Shown: in pieces, positions 1-12,100 of the stretch
How positions within the stretch are numbered: position 1 is the stretch's first letter
How the letters are laid out: every line of letters starts with the position of its first letter
NCBI GenBank assembly: GCA_965285935.1
Contig: OZ260664.1
Span: 106,888,001-106,952,000 of the forward strand
Length of the DNA: 64,000 bases
Origin: Ophelia neglecta
Lineage: Eukaryota
Direction: 5' to 3'
Notes under the pieces: generated by a model
Seen by the model: the letters and a program-made list of their open reading frames with translations, nothing else
Databases searched by the model: none
What the model was told of the DNA's origin: nothing
Translations under genes and position numbers: made by a program

Positions 1-999
1 CATTCATCATCAGATTCACTTGTGGTCTTGTTATTCATTCTGACGATGGCTTCCTACAAAAGGGACAGCATAATTGCGCCTGCCAATCACGAGGCCCACC
101 GGATGTCCACCGCCGCCAATCACTCAACCGTGATGGCGGGTCGTCTGACAATGTTAATAACCGTCTGACACGACCCCGGCACACTGCTCAGAAGTATGGA
201 GATAGACGGAGCCATTTTTAAACAGATATGAATCAACAGTCACCAATAAAATTAATGAATGTTATTTAGAGGTGTCGAGTGTCGGGGTCAGAAACCCAGT
301 GATGCGAGTCTCCGCTATTGAAGTCCGGGTCATAAAGTCAGTGATGCGTCTCACCGCGAGAGCCGCTGTCAATCAGCGAGAGTTTGTCAATGAATAACTA
401 TTTGTGGTCTAGGTGTAATTAAGGTGCCCAATTAATGGTCGAAGTCCATGACGACCAAAACTCAAAAGTCTAAACAATTTAGCCCTTGTCACTCTTAAGG
501 ACTGCCTTACTAGCGTGAAAGAATATCATTGTAGATGACCACGTGATAGTGTAAAACATGAAGCGCATTTTCCACAATGTGAACTAGCAAGGGAATGTGA
601 GCCTTGCGTATACTTGATCTGTCTTAATGAATAGGCTATTGTTGTTGTGCTGTGCACAAGTAGCTTGCTTTCTGTCCAATTTATGTATTGTAGATATAAA
701 CTGTATCTATTCCATCTGTGACGACATGTTTCATGAGAGTATGATATTTGATAACTAAAAGGTGCAAGATTTCAATCCAGTAAGTTTGGCTATGTAGACC
801 CGACATGTATTCTGAAGTGTTTACAAATCATACGGATTTACATTACATATGATATGAAACCCAGTAGATTGATCGCCAATCTTGAATGCCTCTGTCAGAA
901 CCCCGGTGAAAACAACAATTAAATATAAGCTAGGTATACATCTGCCTCAGGGACAGCCGACATTCCCTCTTGTGACGTTACCCCACAAACCGAAATGCG

Positions 1000-1247
1000 C
1001 GGCCCCTTTCTGCGCCCACGCGGCCCAGTATTTCCCACCACACACATGTGCAGCTTCCTTTTCGCGTGTTCGTCTATCAGTGTTACCAGTCACCGACTGG
1101 CGCGTGGCCGATACGTGGAGTTGTCACTTTGCCTGCTCGCCCTCCGCCGCGCCTCAATTCAGCTGGTCTGTGGCTGGCACGAATCGTCCAGCGCACAGGA
1201 CAGCGACAACCTGCCCGGGACGGCAGCAAACTGAACCTGTCGTGAGT
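1000..1247 (+). promoter_or_regulatory. CpG-rich patch, possible promoter or first exon ending at a GTC|gtgagt donor (1241/1242)
   Basis: Locally GC/CpG-rich, with a TCAGT initiator-like motif near 1077 and a consensus donor. Confidence 0.25.
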
Positions 1248-1853
1248 TTACTACCTCAACTCGCCTGTGAAAGGAGCAGGCCTCAGGGCCACACCGCCCT
1301 CTCAGACCGCTCGGCATCACCACGGATTGTACAGGCAAAAACACATCGGAATATCTAAGTATTATGAGCTGAGAATACACTGACCTGGTCGGCCTAATGG
1401 AATACCTGCTGACTATGTAACCAGAGCCGTCTATAAGGCCACTGAGTATGGACTCGATCTCAGGTTATATATGCGGGTCGAAATCTACACAATTCTGTCA
1501 GATGCATATTAACACGCAATAAACCTGGCCCTGTTCTGTACAAATAACGCTCCAAGGAGGTGGCAGTAGACATACGGGTGGCACATGGACATACGAAAAG
1601 GATTAGTGATAAATCCAAGTATAGGGACATTGTATGGATCGGGATACAGGTATCTCGGCAATAGTACGTGAGTATTGAGAGTCTTTGATCACGCTGAGTA
1701 GCTACATAAAGCCAAAGAGCCTAGTCTGATTGTTACGTACTGTTCTTCATGTATCTTTTCCTCTCCAAAAGCCTGGGATGTCAGAATTATAAACCCCTTG
1801 TCTTTTATTGGGAGACCGATTTAAGCTGTATTTTTCTCCTCTTTCATCGTGTA

Positions 1854-2268
1854 CATTGTTTCGTACAAATCGGCTATGCAGTACATGTTTGTATACATCA
1901 GCAGAACATAGGAGAACTTTGTATAAACGGTATTTGATACCAGAAGACAAAACAACCGCAAAGTCAAGAAAAGTCAAATAAATAGTAAGGGGTTGGGGGA
2001 TGGAGTTTACACTGCCTTCTCCGTATACCGTGGTATATGTTAAATACCACTCGGGTGTGAAAGCCGCATAGCCGATACTGTCCCTTAGTTTAGGACAGAG
2101 CATCAATTAAGTTATTAGTAAGTATTTATTTAATCAAAAATCCATTGTTTCGTACAAATCGGCTATGCAGTACATGTTTGTATAAATCAGCAGAACATAG
2201 GAGAACACTGTATAAACGGTATTTGATACCAGAAGACAAAACAACAGCAAAGTCAAGAAAAGTCAAAT
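1854..2268. repeat. 126-bp direct repeats (1854-1979, 2143-2268) flanking a ~160-bp interspersed element
   Basis: The two copies differ at 4 positions; the insert recurs at 3829-3993. Confidence 0.9.
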
Positions 2269-3828
2269 GAATCGGTAAAGAATAAATAAACTTACAGCGG
2301 TTTACTTCTACTATGATTTAGCCAATGTCCATTTACTGCCGACTAATACGCAGTTGTTAATGGAGATGGCTGCGATCGGGGAATCCACCGAGAATCTAGT
2401 AGGGTCATGGTGGTAGGCTCAACCGCATTGTACAGTGTGCTAACTTTACTGAAGTGTAGCCATTGTTCATGTCGTTCTTTTCGTAGTTTTTTTTTTTTTT
2501 GCTTTTTTTATTGGGAGGGGGGGGGGGTCGTCAAGTTCTTTATCCTAGTCTCCGCTCAGGCTTAAAGCTGACCTCTCCTAGGCATGTTTGGTATAAGGCT
2601 TTCAACCTCGAACGATCACCAATGTATATTTCTTTTATAGACATAACGAAAGCGCCATAAGAATAGAACTGGCATTACTTTTCATAACATATATTATTCT
2701 TACAAAGAGAATCATGATGAAAGGATTATAAATAATGTAAATTAAGCGCTGATGTTCAGAGTACTCAGTTCACTAGAGATGTAGGTAATATAAATAAGGG
2801 TTTTACTATTCACAGCTAGTGTATAAGATATTTTCCTGTATAAAATATACTTCATTTTAAGTTATAACAGCCAAAGAGGAGGGGGATTAACTGCCGAGAA
2901 GTGACCACCTTAACAATCGCTGTCGTATGTGCCAGGAAAATCCGCTCATACCAATACGAGTGGCTTCTCTCATGGCACACAGAGATAAGAACCACTGACC
3001 ACTGGTGATCGTCCCCAGTGGGTGCCAGGGGAGTACCCCCCCCCCCTACAGGTCGGAGAGAAGTCACCACACAATGACATCTGTTCTTATCTGTAGAAGG
3101 GCCACATGGCCACAGAGGTTTTCACTTAAACAGGCCCTGTCTTATTCACGCACCACATATATTAACTTTCTACCCCGCGTTTACTTACAGTAGGACCGAT
3201 TAAAAGTCAGGTTTCAAGTCATTATACGTGTCAGAATTGGGCTATATAATACCCGTAATACCTGTCCGGCGCCATCGATCCCTAGTCACAAGACCATCCC
3301 CCTGACGGCTCTCCTATTAATGTGAGACTAGACAGTCTCTCGTGATGTTTATTTTATCATCGTTCTGTGGCGAGGTCTGAGTTACGATAAGCTTTTAATC
3401 TCCGAGACCACTCAATTACTCATCTGCCTCAGTTAATAATCGCCGGAGTCCGATCCCTAACAACAGGTCAGAATTAATCATCTCCGCTAACAGATAGCTA
3501 CGCGTACAAGTTGGACCACAACTGTCTCTTGTCTTCAAGTAATCATTATATATCATTCGCAATAGAAATTTTTGGATCATCCATTGAGACATTTTTCAAC
3601 TAGGTGCCAAAGGTATTAAAGTCCTCTTGGTAGTTCTGCATTAAGAATGAATATTGATGATTCTCGCTTTCCTACCAATCATCAACGTCTCTATGTTTTT
3701 GATAGGATAATTACACCCCCCTATCGTTCTGTGTGATATCCACACAAACTGCACTACTACTAATCACATTGCTGGCAGGGCCCGGATCATGGGAGGTGAG
3801 CAGGATTCTTGGCTGTTGACGATCGCTC

Positions 3829-3993
3829 AGTAAGGGGTTCGGGGATTGAGTTTACACTGCCTTCTCCGTATACCGTGGTTTATGGTAAATACCACTCGGG
3901 TGTGAAAGCCGCATAGCCGATACTGTCCTGGTCCCTTAGTTTAGGACATGGCATCAATTTAGTGATTAGTAAGTATTTATTTCATCAAAAATC
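3829..3993 (+). mobile_element. Second copy of the ~160-bp short interspersed element at 1984-2142
   Basis: Shared agtaagggg...cactgccttctccgtataccgtgg...gggtgtgaaagccgcatagccgatactgtcc...atcaaaaatc. Confidence 0.8.
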
Positions 3994-4767
3994 TATAACT
4001 CTCAGATGAATCGATGCCTCTCGCGTGAGGATGTTTACGATGCGTGCTGACAGCCGCACCATAAAACAACAATTGCTGTCAATCCGCGTCGCGGATGAAA
4101 TAAAATGCTAGTGCGGATTAGTAATTTATCAATTGAAGTATGGAACTAAAGCTGTCAGCTTGGAGTGTACCTGCTGTGTTAACATGGGTAAATATACTCC
4201 GTGTGACGATAATGTGTTGATAAAATATGTATAAGAATGTTTTAGGCTTGACGTGAGATCCATTGTCACGTGTTTCTAACCAACGAGACGTATTTATTAT
4301 TGACGAAATATGCCTGTCAAATGGACAGGTAAATTGTGTAGTTTGGTGAAGGTAACTGATGTCAGTTGGACGTGAACTGAGGGTGGTGAGAGGTAGTTTA
4401 GTGGCTTTCGTTCATGCCGAGACCTAGCCCCATGCCAGGTCAGCCCAGTGCTTGGGAATCCTCGACAAAGTCGGGGATGGCCCAAGCATAACCGCTACGT
4501 ACGCCGTGTAATCTGTCATAGGGTCACCTGCCAGACTCCCATCACCAGGAGACACCCACCCCTCCCCTCCCCCCATACCCCCGGGTGAGCCGTGCCCTAT
4601 GCGAGGCATGCCCTGTATCCTGGTACACCATCCCGGCCCTATGCCAGGCGAGCTACGCCAAGTTTCAGGGAAATCGCGGTCTGTTCCACATCTATAGTAA
4701 CTAGTGCTTTGGTAGTCGTCTGCCATACGGAATCTCACACTGGGGGCCTGGAGCAGTCGGAAAATGG

Positions 4768-4839
<72 letters not shown>

Positions 4840-4846
4840 CTCTCTC
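4768..4846. repeat. (CT)n microsatellite
   Basis: Direct reading. Confidence 0.97.
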
Positions 4847-5434
4847 ATCCTAGTCAGAAACTGCCAGTAGCACAAGTTAGTGTGGGCCAACAATTCCACC
4901 CCGGTAATACAGGCATGGGCCTCGGCAGATCCTACGGTGACCCTATTTACCGGGCAGGCCTGTCAACACCCTTCGTATTATAGGTAGCATATTGATTAAA
5001 CAGATACACATGGTCGGCCGGAGCAATTTGCCGAGAACATGATTTAAAGGTACCCCTGATGAACGCGGCGTCACGGAGTAGACCTGCGCTAATGGCTTTC
5101 ATGTAGTTCGTTCGCCGAATTAGATTAAAGCATGAAACCTTTGATAAGACCAATACCCACGCATCATTAGGAGATTATCGCTGACTGGCCATTCTCAGGG
5201 AATAGGAGGATGGCATGTGAAAGTTCAGCTCTTAGTCATCTGGTCAGTGTCTGTCTGTAGTCCGATATCTCGAGTATTGATCTCAACTAGACCTTGATTC
5301 TCATATAAATGGCTGGCTCATTCGGAACAGGACTGTAAATATGAGATTAAACGTTGTTTCCGGCTTCATTTTTCGATTTGTTATGTTTATGATATTCCTT
5401 AAAAGATAAACTCTCTATCCTCTTTATTATCTAG

Positions 5435-5613
5435 GTCTGACGCGTTGGAACGACGTGAGTCAATCAACCATACCCTTATGAGTTATATGCACGGATTCAA
5501 GGTTCGTAGATACTATATGTGGTTCGTTCAAGCGTGACGGATCCACAGGATCACCGGATTACCCGAGTCAGCCAAAGGAGTGGTGCGTGGTGGCGCCACT
5601 TACCCCGACACAG
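5435..5613 (+). other. Candidate upstream (5' UTR or first coding) exon
   Basis: Pyrimidine-rich ctctttattatctag| acceptor and CAG|gtaaga donor; stops in all three frames. Confidence 0.35.
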
Positions 5614-5689
5614 GTAAGATACAAGTTGTAACACGTGTCTTCTGATATCAAGAAATCTTACATATGGCAGCAGGAGCTGTCACGTATAA

Positions 5690-6410
5690 TCTGACGAGTG
5701 ACACAGTAAGATCATCTGACGTGTGACACAGTAAGGTCAATCTGACGTGTGACACAGTAAGGTCAATCTGACGTGTGACAAAGTAAGGTCATCTGACGTG
5801 TGACACAGTAAGGTCAGTCTGACGTGTGACACAGTGAGGTCAATCTGACGTATGACACAGTAAGGTCAAATGACGTGTGACACAGTAAGGTCAACTGACG
5901 TGTGACACAGTAAGGTCAGTCTGACGTGTGACACAGTAAGGTCAATCTGACGTGTGACACAGTCAGGTCAACCTGACGTGTAACACAGTAAGGTCATCTG
6001 ACGTGTGACAAAGTAAGGTCATTTGACGTGTGACACATTAAGGTCAAACTGACGTGTGACACAGCAAGGTCATCTGACGTGTGACACAGTAAGGTCATCT
6101 GACGTGTGTCACAGTAAGGTCATTTGACATGTGACACAGTAAGGTCAAACTGACGTGTGACACAGTGAGGTCAGTCTGACGTGTGACACAGTAAGGTCAT
6201 CTGACGTGTGACACAGTGAGGTCAGTCTGATGTGACACAGTAAGGTCATCTGACGTGTGACACAGTAAGGTCATCTGACGTGTGACAAAGTAAGGTCATT
6301 TGACCTGTGACACAGTAAGGTCAAACTGACGTGTGACACAGAAAGGTCAGTCTGACGTGTGACACAGTAAGGTCATCTGACGTGTGACACAGTAAGGTCA
6401 ATCTGACACT
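5690..6410. repeat. 25/26-bp minisatellite, ~28 units (CACAGTAAGGTCA[N]TCTGACGTGTGA)
   Basis: Direct reading; spacer-length variants are interspersed. Confidence 0.97.
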
Positions 6411-6507
6411 GACAACCTGACAAAGTTTATACATAATCTATCACATGACATTACAAATTTAGTTGGAACACATTTTTAATAACCGCCGGTCAATTTTTGA
6501 TCATTTC

Positions 6508-6823
6508 CTCGTGGTGCAGGCCTCGCAAGTGGTAGATCGGGGTTTGAATCCGGATCATGTCAAACCCAAGACGTAAAAATAAGTACTGATAGCTCCCCTG
6601 CCAGGCGCCCGGTATTTCGGGGGTAGTATCGGGACTGGTCAACCCAGTGTCAGTATAATGTGACCGGGTGGGGTTCTCTGTCTGGTGTCTACGGCAGGTA
6701 CTCCAGTGAGGCAGCACTATAAAGAGGGCATTGGGCCCACTGTCACAAGTAGGCACCGTGACGATATGACCATACAAGTCCTGAAAGCCACGTAAAACCC
6801 CAAACAACAACAGCAACAACAAC
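6508..6823 (+). mobile_element. tRNA-derived SINE with conserved-type central domain and (AAC)n tail
   Basis: B-box-like GGTTTGAATCC near 6541; central gtcagtataatgtgaccgggtgggg motif recalled from invertebrate Nin/Meta-type SINEs; caacaacagcaacaacaac tail. Confidence 0.75.
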
Positions 6824-8965
6824 ATCGTGGTGCAGACGATAATAATTGTATTTTGCCCTTACTTCATCAACCGTATTTATTGGAAATGATAAGCTTCTCA
6901 CATCAGGCGCAATTTACAATCCCAGCGGTACTTTACTGCCACCCTGACTACGGACTCACGGCTCTCTGCCCTCTCCTGGGTGACTATTAACAAATCAATA
7001 TCAATTCTTACTACCGTATTTATCCTATTGCGTTTCATGGCAGAATGTCCCCATTTTGTGTCTGGGTTCTGGCAGACTGCGAACACTGTAAGTCGAGTGG
7101 CTAGATGATATGTCTAACTCCATTAGACTGAAGGCATACACGGATTTGCTTTGAAATGTTGAAATTTGGGGACAACATAGAGCAGCGAACAGTTTAATCA
7201 AACCAATGTTGTTGAGGGACATTACGTCCTAACCGAGCAGTCTATCTGCAATGAAGGCATTTATGCTCGGTCTTTAGTTAACAAACCGGACCATCTTTTA
7301 ACTTCAAGTTTTTGTTTTACCTGTAATCGGCAACTAAAGCTGTGATAATCAAGACTATAAGCTTTAACGTGTCGGTGCCTATTTCAATACTTTCATTCGT
7401 TACTATTTTCCTTTTTTCGTTACGGTTTCCCTTTTATTCGTTACTGCTTTTCTTTTATTCTTTACAGTTTATCTGTTTGTTTGTTTTGTTTTTTATTTTC
7501 TCGTTAAACTGTCCCTTTATATCATTTGTATCCGGTAGCCAGTAACTGCTGGGCCCGTCATCTTATGGTGCAAAAGGGCTGTGCATTCGGAATGTGTTGT
7601 TTGCTTTTGGCATAACAAAGAAGAACCGTGCTAAGGCTATGTGATGTAACTGTTTAAACATTGAAATGTTTAAGCATTTAGGATATCGTGGCTGAAAGAC
7701 GCGTAATATCTCTCCATTTGTATGTACAAACAGACTCTCGCTCCAGCAGATTCCATATCTCTGGGGTGGAGATTCTGAATATACTCTAGCCGGTCATGAA
7801 ATGGCGTCTGTCCATAACAAATCATGGCTAGACTAGCCGTGGAATGGAGCATTAAGTAAGAAAACTCCCTGATTACCCATGTAGCTCCCATTATGGGATT
7901 TGATAATGCACCAAAACGGCCTCCTAATACCGCCCAGTCATGACATGACTCTGAACCTCCAACAATAAAGACAGGTAGTATGGTCCAGCGTGTTTACACT
8001 CGATTAAAGATTTACAGAGTAAGGGCAGTTCCGACGCAGTAAGCAATCGCTTCCAACATTACAACAATGGCCCCCTCGCTCCTTACTGGAAAGGGGCCAA
8101 CAATTGAAATGCGGGCTGTGGAAATAGAAGGCAATGGAGACAACAGACAAATTGTAAAATACCTTCTGATCAATTGAATTACCTTTTTACGCTTCTAAGC
8201 TGGGTATTAAAAACGCTGTTGAAGTAATATTCTGGCGTGAGGAACCTTTTTGAACAACCGTTTTAATACTAGTTGTTTCATCCCTTGCAGTAGGCTGTGA
8301 TGGCGGTCTCCATCATTATACATATTTTATAGAGATCGCTCCATTTGTTGGATAAGCGGTGTTGCTGTGTATTATGAATGCCTACATGTACCATGAGACT
8401 CGCCCGATGTGGGAATTGGCTGATAACTGCCACGCGTACAATCGTTCACTGCCACCCTCATAACAGATATCGGTACTAACAATACGAGTGCTCAATTCAT
8501 GGCATTTACTTGGTAATTTACAAGATTATTGTTAATAAAAGCCTGAGCAAACCTACATGGCATGACTTACCCCAGGTCTCTGTCCACAGTGTCACTTTTT
8601 GACTCGCTCGATCTGTAGTTTGACAGTCAAGGTGGAAAACCGTAGGTAAGATTTGGTAATAGCTTAATTTATTATTTCTTTCGAACAATTTTAGCTTCGA
8701 AGCTTTTTGCTGCAGGGGTCTAACAGATTGATATTTCATGTTCATTGCAGTTGTTGGGTTTAGACTAATAGGGACTAAGAATATGAATGTGTTCTTAAAC
8801 AATGACTTAGTTTTGCCTTTCAAATATGCGTGTTGATGTTGTAAATACATGTTCACTACTTGTCCAGACTTAAAACGTCCCATCCTTGAAGACGTTTAGG
8901 TAAGCCGCCGACACTTTCCTGCCTCCTTTCTTATTGTCGATTAGCGATATTTATTGATCTTTAAG

Positions 8966-9015
8966 ATATGCGATCCTGTATTGTTGCCTTCCACTGGCAC
9001 TGAGACAGACAACAG
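8966..9015 (+). CDS. Candidate signal-peptide exon (2-1): YAILYCCLPLALRQTT
   Basis: Strong CAG|gtgagt donor in phase 1 (matches exon A1) and a hydrophobic stretch; the ctttaag| acceptor is weak and there is no in-frame ATG. Confidence 0.35.
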
Positions 9016-9819
9016 GTGAGTCTGTCTGTAGTAACACGCCGGACCAAGACGCCCGCTGTACAACATGTGCCTTCTGGGATACCCCTATTCTTCTATTGTT
9101 TCCGGTCGTTTGCCGATCTAGTCTTGTAATCTTGAAGGACACAGTGACATTTTGCCTGTTTATGATATAATAATTAAGGTATTCACAAAGTGGGCAGTCG
9201 CCCAAGAGAATGTGGACATTTGGCTAATGAATATACCAGGTACTTTATGTGTTTACTTTGTCTGTCGCCATCAATCACGCGTCATGCCATTCTCGAGGGT
9301 AATGGCGTGTCTCCTCATTTTTTTACCAGAATAATAAAACCGCTGTCCGATCCAATAGCATTGCGCATACCATTTATATACATATCTAGCAACCTTATTT
9401 TTATATGTATGCCCCGTATTTGCTGCCACTGTAATGTTTGTTAATTAAAATAGTTTTAACAGTCATCATTTTAACAGGCATCTTATGCGATTCGGCAGCA
9501 CAGTCCTTTTATTAAGACGTCGGAAGCCCATGGACAGACAAACTAATGGTTTCTAAATGTAATATTAAGGGATGTGGTTAGGTACAATTCGGGCCGAGGA
9601 ATCCCTGGGTTATGCAGAGTAAGCCTCCATCCCAGTAGTTTCTGATAATATTACAAGCGTTGTAACGGGTAAGTGCGGATTTGATTTGACCTGGCTCTGA
9701 GCAGAATAGGGTGATCACGGATTACAGCAGAGTAGGGCAATACGATGTGCACGTGCGCAGCTAAGTCGTTGTGTATTGATCGCACACGAGTTCCTACTCC
9801 CCTTGGAACTAGGCCCCAG

Positions 9820-11140
9820 TGATATTCCCAGGGCCTCTCTATCCAAGTTCCCTCTCTGCAAGCCCCTCATTCCAGAGGCTCTGACAATAATCTCTTCTCC
9901 CAAGCCCCTCTCCTCCAGGGCCCTTGTCCCCCAGGACCACTCTCCACCATGCTCCTTTAGCCCCTCCATCTAAGACCCATCTCTTCAAGTTTCCTCTCTC
10001 CAGACCTCTACAAAAGTCCTTTGAATAAGCCTCTCTTCTACCAAGACTACTCTTCCGAGACCCTTCTCCCCAAGCCCCTCCTGCTAATGCACATCATTTC
10101 CAACCCCTCCTTCCAGGACTCCCCTCGCTCACCTTCCTTCATCCCGTTTTTTCAAGATTCCTCCCACCAATTTTATTTTTCCCGAGGCCAGCACATTTCT
10201 TCTCAATGTCCTATTCCCAATCCCCTCTCTCTAAAGCTCCAATGTTCCTCTCAGCTGTCTCTAAGGTTCTTCTCATGGACCCTAAGCGCTTAAGCCACTC
10301 TCCCTAAGACCGTCTCTCATGACTCCTTTTTGCAAGGCTACCTTAAATTTTTAAAACTACCTTACTGTTACTTTTCCTAATGCTGCTCTCCCCAGTGTGG
10401 CTCGGTCTCTGCAAAAGCCCTCACACCAATAATCCTCTCTCAAGGTTCGAGGCCCTTCCCTCCCAGGCCCCTCGTTCCAATGCTCCCTATCCAATGCCCC
10501 TCTTCTGGAAGCACTCCTAGCAGGAGCACCTCTCCCAGGGAGGGATATTCACCTCTTCTGGTATTGGTGTGAACAATACAATGTAGGCCTTTCGTGTCGA
10601 GCGCTTGTGTTATTAACAACGTCGCTTAATGCAAATGGATACTTTTGGCTACAGTCTTCAAGGTGATAAATGAAATGCGCAGCCAGTCCATAATTTAATG
10701 ATATTAGCCCCGTTAACATGGAATCCTAGCCAATTATTTGTAATATCTAAAGCGCCCTGCCGACTCCACGTCTCCCATCTCCCCTCGCCCTGCCCACGGC
10801 ACGTCTCCCCACCGCTCCGCGCCCTGCCCATTCCAGTTCTACCCATCTCCCTACGCCCTCCCCAGTCCACGTCTATAAAATCTCCTCGCCTTGCACTTCC
10901 TCTCCTTGTTTTACACATGTCTCCCAATCTCTCCACGCCCTCCACAATTCACATATCCCAAAACTGTTCGCGCCCTGCTCACTTCTCATTTCCCACCTCT
11001 CCTCGCCCTGCCCCCTCCATATCTCCCATCTCTTCGTGACTTGCCCAGTCCTCGTCTTCCAATCTCGGCGCTCTTTCCCCACTTCACGTCTGCCTTCTCC
11101 CCTCGCCCTCCCCATCTCACGTCTGCCCATCTCCCTGATA
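9820..11140. repeat. Two pyrimidine-rich degenerate low-complexity tracts (~9820-10540, ~10750-11140)
   Basis: Recurring cccctctc/ccaag and ctcgccctgccc/acgtctccc words; strong C/T skew. Confidence 0.75.
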
Positions 11141-11789
11141 ACGTAATCTGCCAATGTAGGATTCACCACTTGCTGGAGTCAGGATCCCTTATATCGTTGA
11201 ACACACTTATAAAACCGGATTGCTTTTTAATTCTCCCGGGGCTATCAAGTCTACATATAATAGCTTCTCGTTCTTTAGTTGTTTGTAGGTCATGATAAAG
11301 ACTATATGTGTGTAGAGAGTCTTGAGTGGGGTAGGAGGTTACTCTTTAAAGGTGTCATCTTGAGCTAGAAATGGTGTATAGAGAAACCATAGATCCGCAT
11401 TGGACTGTTGCCCTGATTAATCATATGGATTTGAATATCGAGAATGTACTTGGTTCATGAACATGATCACTATGAATCGAGACTCGGCCCTTTATTTGCT
11501 TGCTTGGTCCGTCAGGCCAGGTTGACTGAAACAACACAATAACCATTACTTGCTGGTAACCCCCGGGCGATATTTGATACATGCACATTAATATCTGATA
11601 TATTAAAAGGCTTGGCTAATACCAGCGATGGTTAGGTCAACACAGTTTGGTGCCAGCCTGGCTATGTATGCCTGTTTATGCCTGACTGATGGAATAGATG
11701 GATGAGATAAATTAATACAACAACCAAGAGACCAGCAACAACAAACTGTGATGTAGAAACAATACCATATGACCGAGTGTAGATGAAAC

Positions 11790-12100
11790 CACACTATGAG
11801 GTAAAGACAATACCGTCAGACAGGGGGTCATCAGTGACGTCACACTATGAGGTGAAGACAATACCGTCAGGCACGTTGTCATCAGTGACGTCACACTATG
11901 AGGTGAAGACAATACCGTCAGGCACGGTGTCATCAGTGACGTCATACTATGAGGTGAAGACAATACCGTCAGGCAAGGTGTGATCAGTGACGTCACTTTA
12001 TGAGGTGAAGACAATACCGTCAGGCAGGGTGACATCAGTGACGTCACACTATGAGGTGAAGACAATACCGTCAGACACGGTGTCTTCAGTGACGTCACAT
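11790..12100. repeat. 51-bp minisatellite, ~6 units, each with a perfect TGACGTCA
   Basis: TGACGTCA at 11835, 11886, 11937, 11988, 12039, 12090. Confidence 0.97.

Noticed and set aside
882-1358. 158-aa ORF
   Set aside because: TTG start, no recognisable domain, explained by local GC richness.
5478-5613. In-frame TGA in the candidate exon as selenocysteine or readthrough into the main gene
   Set aside because: The resulting peptide has no signal-peptide or redox motif, and I recognised no SECIS.
5690-6410. CRISPR-like regular repeats (also 41080-41975 and 48220-51115)
   Set aside because: Head-to-tail monomers without unique spacers, no cas genes, eukaryotic context.
11790-12100. Minus-strand CTGATGA followed by a hairpin, suggesting tandem hammerhead ribozymes
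   Set aside because: The required GAAA after stem II is absent.
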